A stretch of 63,999 bases of DNA, counting the filler, from an uncultured bacterium (lineage in GTDB: Bacteria; DAOPZR01): the NCBI GenBank assembly GCA_964637655.1. It is 17 parts of 17 records of this genome, joined end to end, with 100 filler letters (N's around TTAATTAATTAA, not from the genome) between each part and the next. Parts side by side here need not be neighbours in the genome. Positions count along the whole stretch, not along the records: positions 60,603 to 63,999 come from CAZWUZ010000350.1; 16 more parts are not named here. One strand, 5' to 3'. The notes below the pieces were generated by a model that did no database searches, was not told the origin of the DNA, and saw nothing but the letters and a program-made list of their open reading frames with translations. Made by a program: the position numbers and the translations under genes. Each line of letters starts with the position of its first letter. Position 1 is the first letter of the stretch. This document shows, piece after piece, positions 60,503 through 63,999 of the stretch.

Positions 60503-60602
60503 NNNNNNNNNNNNNNNNNNNNNNNNNNNNNNNNNNNNNNNNNNNNTTAATTAATTAANNNNNNNNNNNNNNNNNNNNNNNNNNNNNNNNNNNNNNNNNN
60601 NN

Positions 60603-60815
60603 CCGGTCCGGAGCCCACTCCCGCACCCGCTCCGGCAGGAGCGCATCGGCGGCGGGCTCGGCCGCAAGGTCGATGAGGTGCGGGACATGCCCGGCCCGGC
60701 GGAGATAGGCGGCAAGCGCGGCAAGCCCGAGCGGCGGCAGGGAACGGTCTATCCCCTTCCACACGCTGCCGGACGCAGGGCGCTGCGGCGGGTTGAGCAG
60801 CAGAACGCGCGCCAT
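60603..60815 (-). CDS. Cobalamin-binding radical SAM protein, N-terminus (truncated)
   Basis: MARVLLLNPP..PPLGLAALAAYLRRAGH..LID. Confidence 0.8.
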
Positions 60816-60817
60816 GG

Positions 60818-61561
60818 TCAGCGCCGCAAACCGAGCTTGAGATAGAACAGCGGCTTGAGGATATTCCACCAGTCAAGGAACGGCACCATCTTGGTATAGC
60901 CGATGGATTTGTGATAGACCTTGGTGGTCTGCACTTCGCGCACGCGATAGCCAAGATGCACCGCATGATACAGCAGGTAGGGTTCGAGTTCGTAGGTGTT
61001 GAGCCACGGCTGGTCGAGATTGAGTCGTGTGTCGCCGGCAAAGGCGGTGGTGAAGGCGCGGAAGCCGTTGGTCCCGTCGGTGCAGGGAAAGCCGGTGAGC
61101 AGCCGGAAAATCAGCGAATAGGTCATGGTGGTGACGCGGCGGAACAGGGGCATATCCACGGTCTGTACGCGGTTGAGCCGCCGCGACCCCTGGACAAAAT
61201 CGCAGGCGCCGGCGAGGATGGGCGCCACCACCGCCGGCAGCTCGGACGGCATGTCCTGGTCGTCGCCGGCCATCACCACGACGATCTCGCCCCCGCGCTG
61301 CTGGACGTGGCGGATGCCGGTGCGGATGGCCGCGCCGACCCCCTCGTTGTGCTCCTGGCTGATGACCGTGGCACCCGCCGCCCGCGCTTCGGCCGCCGTC
61401 CCGTCACGGGAGCCGTCGTCAACCACCACCACCTCCTCAAGCAAACCGGGAGGCACGTCGCGCCGCAGTTTGCTCACGGTGACGCCGATCTTGTGCTGTT
61501 CGTTGTAGGCGGGCAGCACGACAAATATCCGCCGGCTGCACGATACGGGTTGGCTGATCAC
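60818..61561 (-). CDS. Glycosyltransferase family 2
   Basis: VLPAYNE, VVDDGSRD, GVGAAIRTG, MAGDDQD, TDGTNGFRA. Confidence 0.9.
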   Translation of the reverse strand: MISQPVSCSRRIFVVLPAYNEQHKIGVTVSKLRRDVPPGLLEEVVVVDDGSRDGTAAEARAAGATVISQEHNEGVGAAIRTGIRHVQQRGGEIVVVMAGDDQDMPSELPAVVAPILAGACDFVQGSRRLNRVQTVDMPLFRRVTTMTYSLIFRLLTGFPCTDGTNGFRAFTTAFAGDTRLNLDQPWLNTYELEPYLLYHAVHLGYRVREVQTTKVYHKSIGYTKMVPFLDWWNILKPLFYLKLGLRR

Positions 61562-61877
61562 GGCGCAATTGTAGCAAGGTTGGCACACAGCGTCAACAGA
61601 TAGGTAGTGATCCATCGTCACCGGCACACCACGCCGGCGGCGGTCAAAGCGCGCATCGACAGGATCCACACGGAGACCGGAAAATCAACCTCGGATCCTG
61701 AGGGGCGGAACAGCGCCAGCCAGCATCTGTTCCGTCACCCATTCGCTCACCACAATGCTCCCGCGTGCAATCGCCGGGCGAACTCCGCAAACGGCAGCAC
61801 CGTCAACCGGTCGAACTGCCATATCCTCTCCCCGGCATGAATACCGAACATGTTTTGTAGCAACTCAGCCAATCAGT

Positions 61878-61978
61878 CCCCTCTCCTTGGGGAGAGGGCG
61901 ACGCGCAGCGAGGGGATACGTCCGCCGTGTCCGCCCTCACCTGCCGCTCCGCGGCTTCCTCTCCCGTCGGGAGAGGAA
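61878..61978. repeat. Paired CCTCTCC..GGAGAGG hairpins
   Basis: CCCTCTCCttggGGAGAGGG and TCCTCTCCCgtcGGGAGAGGA; a related hairpin is at about 63931-63950. Confidence 0.55.
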
Positions 61979-62099
61979 AACATGAAACCAGCTGAACCGA
62001 TACCATTTTTCAACTTTCAGGTGGGGCCGGTGCGCCACGGCCCGCAACGATTTTTCCCAGCTGCGATTCCACTGCTCCGCACGCTTGACCTCCACCAGC

Positions 62100-62390
62100 A
62101 CCACACGCGCGGGGCGCGGTCTGGACGGAAGGCAGTTGTCCGTCGTTCACGGCGCGATTGAGGGCAAAATCGTTTCCCCGTTCCGCGGCGGAAAAACCTT
62201 CAAGCGTGCGGGTCAGCGCCCGGCCGGCAAGCAGGTCCGCCCCGCCCCGGCACAGCTTGCGGACCGACGAACCGCACAGGGCGAAACGCCAGCGCCGGTC
62301 CGCCATCAGGCGGTGCACTTCGTGCCGCAGCGCCGGCACGCGTTGAATCTCATCGGGCACCACCCAGGTCCCGGCCGGCACGCACGTGCG
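62100..62390 (-). pseudogene. Internal remnant of an AAA_14/DUF4143 ATPase gene
   Basis: WVVPDEIQRVPAL..VHRLM..FALCGSSVRKL.RGGADLLAGRA is present, but Walker A and the DUF4143 part are missing. Confidence 0.75.
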
Positions 62391-62515
62391 TAATTCCCCC
62401 GCCCTGCCGGAAGGGCTGACCCCGGAGATGATGCAGCAGTACGGGATCACGCCCGAAATGCTGCAGTACAACACTGAGCGTGGTACCGGTGACGAGTAGC
62501 GCGGTCGTGGCTCCG

Positions 62516-63844
62516 TTATGCGTGCGGCGGTGGCGCGTTTGGCGCGGTGCGGCCGCGCCTGACGGCAAAGAGCGCGATGGCCACCAGCGAAACGATACCG
62601 GCCCGCTGCCAGGCCGCAAGCGCCGTTTGCGCGAAGAGCAATCCGCAGAAAACGATCCCGATATACGGTGTCAGCCACGGCACCCGCAGCGTTCCCGCCA
62701 CCGCCTGGTTGCCTTCGCGGCGGCGGATGACGATAAGCCCGACATGCACGAAGAGAAACACCAGCACCAGCAGGAGCGAAGTCGTCTGGGCCATGACCTT
62801 GACACCGCCGGAGATGACCAGCGCCGCGCACAGGAGCATGGCCACGACAACGGCGACCCACGGGGTCCGGCGCCCCTGATGTACGCGCGCGAGCACGCGG
62901 GGGAGCAGCGCATCCGTCGCCATGCCGTACAGCAGGCGTGAGGCCATGACCAGATTCGCCAGTCCCGTATTGACGATGGCGAAGAGCGCGATGAGCGAGA
63001 AGGCCCAGGCCGGGAACGCCAGGCCGGACCGCGTGAGAACTTCGAGGAGCGGCCGTTCGCTCCTCGCGGCTTCAGCCGGCGTCATCACCGCCATGACGAC
63101 AAAGAGCACCGCGAGGTAGACAACCGTGCAGACGCCAATCGAGACCAGCATGGCGCGCGGAATGTCCCGGCTTGGATTCTTTGCCTCCTCGGACAGGTTG
63201 GCCAGATCCTCGAACCCGATAAAAGCATAGAACGCGATTGAGGCACCGGCGAGAACGCCCACCCATTCACCGCGTGGCGGCTCGATATTCGCGAAAAGAT
63301 CGATTCCGTTCCCGAAGACATGCAGGTACCCGGCGCCGACGACCAGCAGCAGTCCCGAGGCCTCGATGCAGGTGAACAGGATATTGACGCCGGAGGTTTC
63401 CCTGATGCCGAGGAAACTGACGAGGCTCATGGCGGCAATCAGCCACAGCGCCGCGGCGAGTTCCGGCACGGCAAAAATAACCTTGAGGTAGCCGTGAATG
63501 GCGATGGCGACCGTGGCGGCCGAGGTGACGCCGCTGGCCAGAACCAGAATGCCGACATAGAACGGAATGAACCGCCAGCGGAAGGCGGCGGCACAGTAGG
63601 CGGCCGCGCCGGCGGCGCGGGGAATGCGCGCCGCCAGTTCGGCATAGCTGAGCCCGGTCACAATGGCCAGGATGGCGGCAAGTGTGAACGACAGCCATAC
63701 GGCCGTGCCGGCCTCACCCGCGACCTTGCCCACGAGGGCGTAGATGCCGGCCCCGAGAATATCGCCGACGCCGTAGAAGATGAGTGCCGCGAGCCCGAGG
63801 CGGGGCGCGAGTCTGGTCAGGCGCTGGTCACTCAATGAATTCAC
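62516..63844 (-). CDS. APC family amino acid permease
   Basis: YGVGDILGAGIYALVG; SYAELAARIP.A; FYAFIGFE..ANLSEEAKNP; ASRLLYGMA. Confidence 0.9.
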   Translation of the reverse strand: MNSLSDQRLTRLAPRLGLAALIFYGVGDILGAGIYALVGKVAGEAGTAVWLSFTLAAILAIVTGLSYAELAARIPRAAGAAAYCAAAFRWRFIPFYVGILVLASGVTSAATVAIAIHGYLKVIFAVPELAAALWLIAAMSLVSFLGIRETSGVNILFTCIEASGLLLVVGAGYLHVFGNGIDLFANIEPPRGEWVGVLAGASIAFYAFIGFEDLANLSEEAKNPSRDIPRAMLVSIGVCTVVYLAVLFVVMAVMTPAEAARSERPLLEVLTRSGLAFPAWAFSLIALFAIVNTGLANLVMASRLLYGMATDALLPRVLARVHQGRRTPWVAVVVAMLLCAALVISGGVKVMAQTTSLLLVLVFLFVHVGLIVIRRREGNQAVAGTLRVPWLTPYIGIVFCGLLFAQTALAAWQRAGIVSLVAIALFAVRRGRTAPNAPPPHA

Positions 63845-63999
63845 TGCTCCGCCTCCGCCGCTGTCTGTTCTTCATGCGCATCGTAACACCATGGTGATCA
63901 GCCGTCAAGAGTATTGCCCCGTAACTATTCACCCTCCCCCGACGGGGAGAACGTGAAGTACCTGAATCGGCCTGATGCGTTGCGTTTGGTCACGGCAGC

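Overview
This is not contiguous DNA. It is 17 short contigs (about 3.4-3.9 kb) joined by 100-nt N44-TTAATTAATTAA-N44 linkers, and the complete contigs decrease steadily in length. That pattern fits a size-sorted, fragmented draft genome or MAG, so gene adjacency across linkers means nothing. The source looks like a GC-rich, flagellated, probably diderm and anaerobic bacterium. Core genes: fliPQR-flhB-flhA-flhF, flgN-flgK, secDF, rimP-nusA, relA/spoT, trpA, mtnP, ybeY, a PgpH-like HD phosphohydrolase, kup, paaK, a NuoF/HydB plus GltD-NuoG-type oxidoreductase, LPS and other glycosyltransferases. Most notable observations: (1) a lipoprotein apparently built from four SpoVG-like domains, co-oriented with an MshEN-domain gene; (2) SecF with a ~250-aa periplasmic insert of ComEA/GspK-like helix-hairpin-helix repeats; (3) a 62-bp repeat cluster holding six DnaA-box-like 9-mers; (4) mosaics of three palindromic repeat families that bracket an AAA_14/DUF4143 ATPase gene; (5) a c-di-AMP-riboswitch-like leader with an atypical 3' end before kup; (6) a DHH protein with three tandem DHHA1-like domains; (7) a duplicated relA start that forms a coupled uORF; (8) recurring leaderless-type gene starts. 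All family calls come from visual motif recognition; no searches were run.
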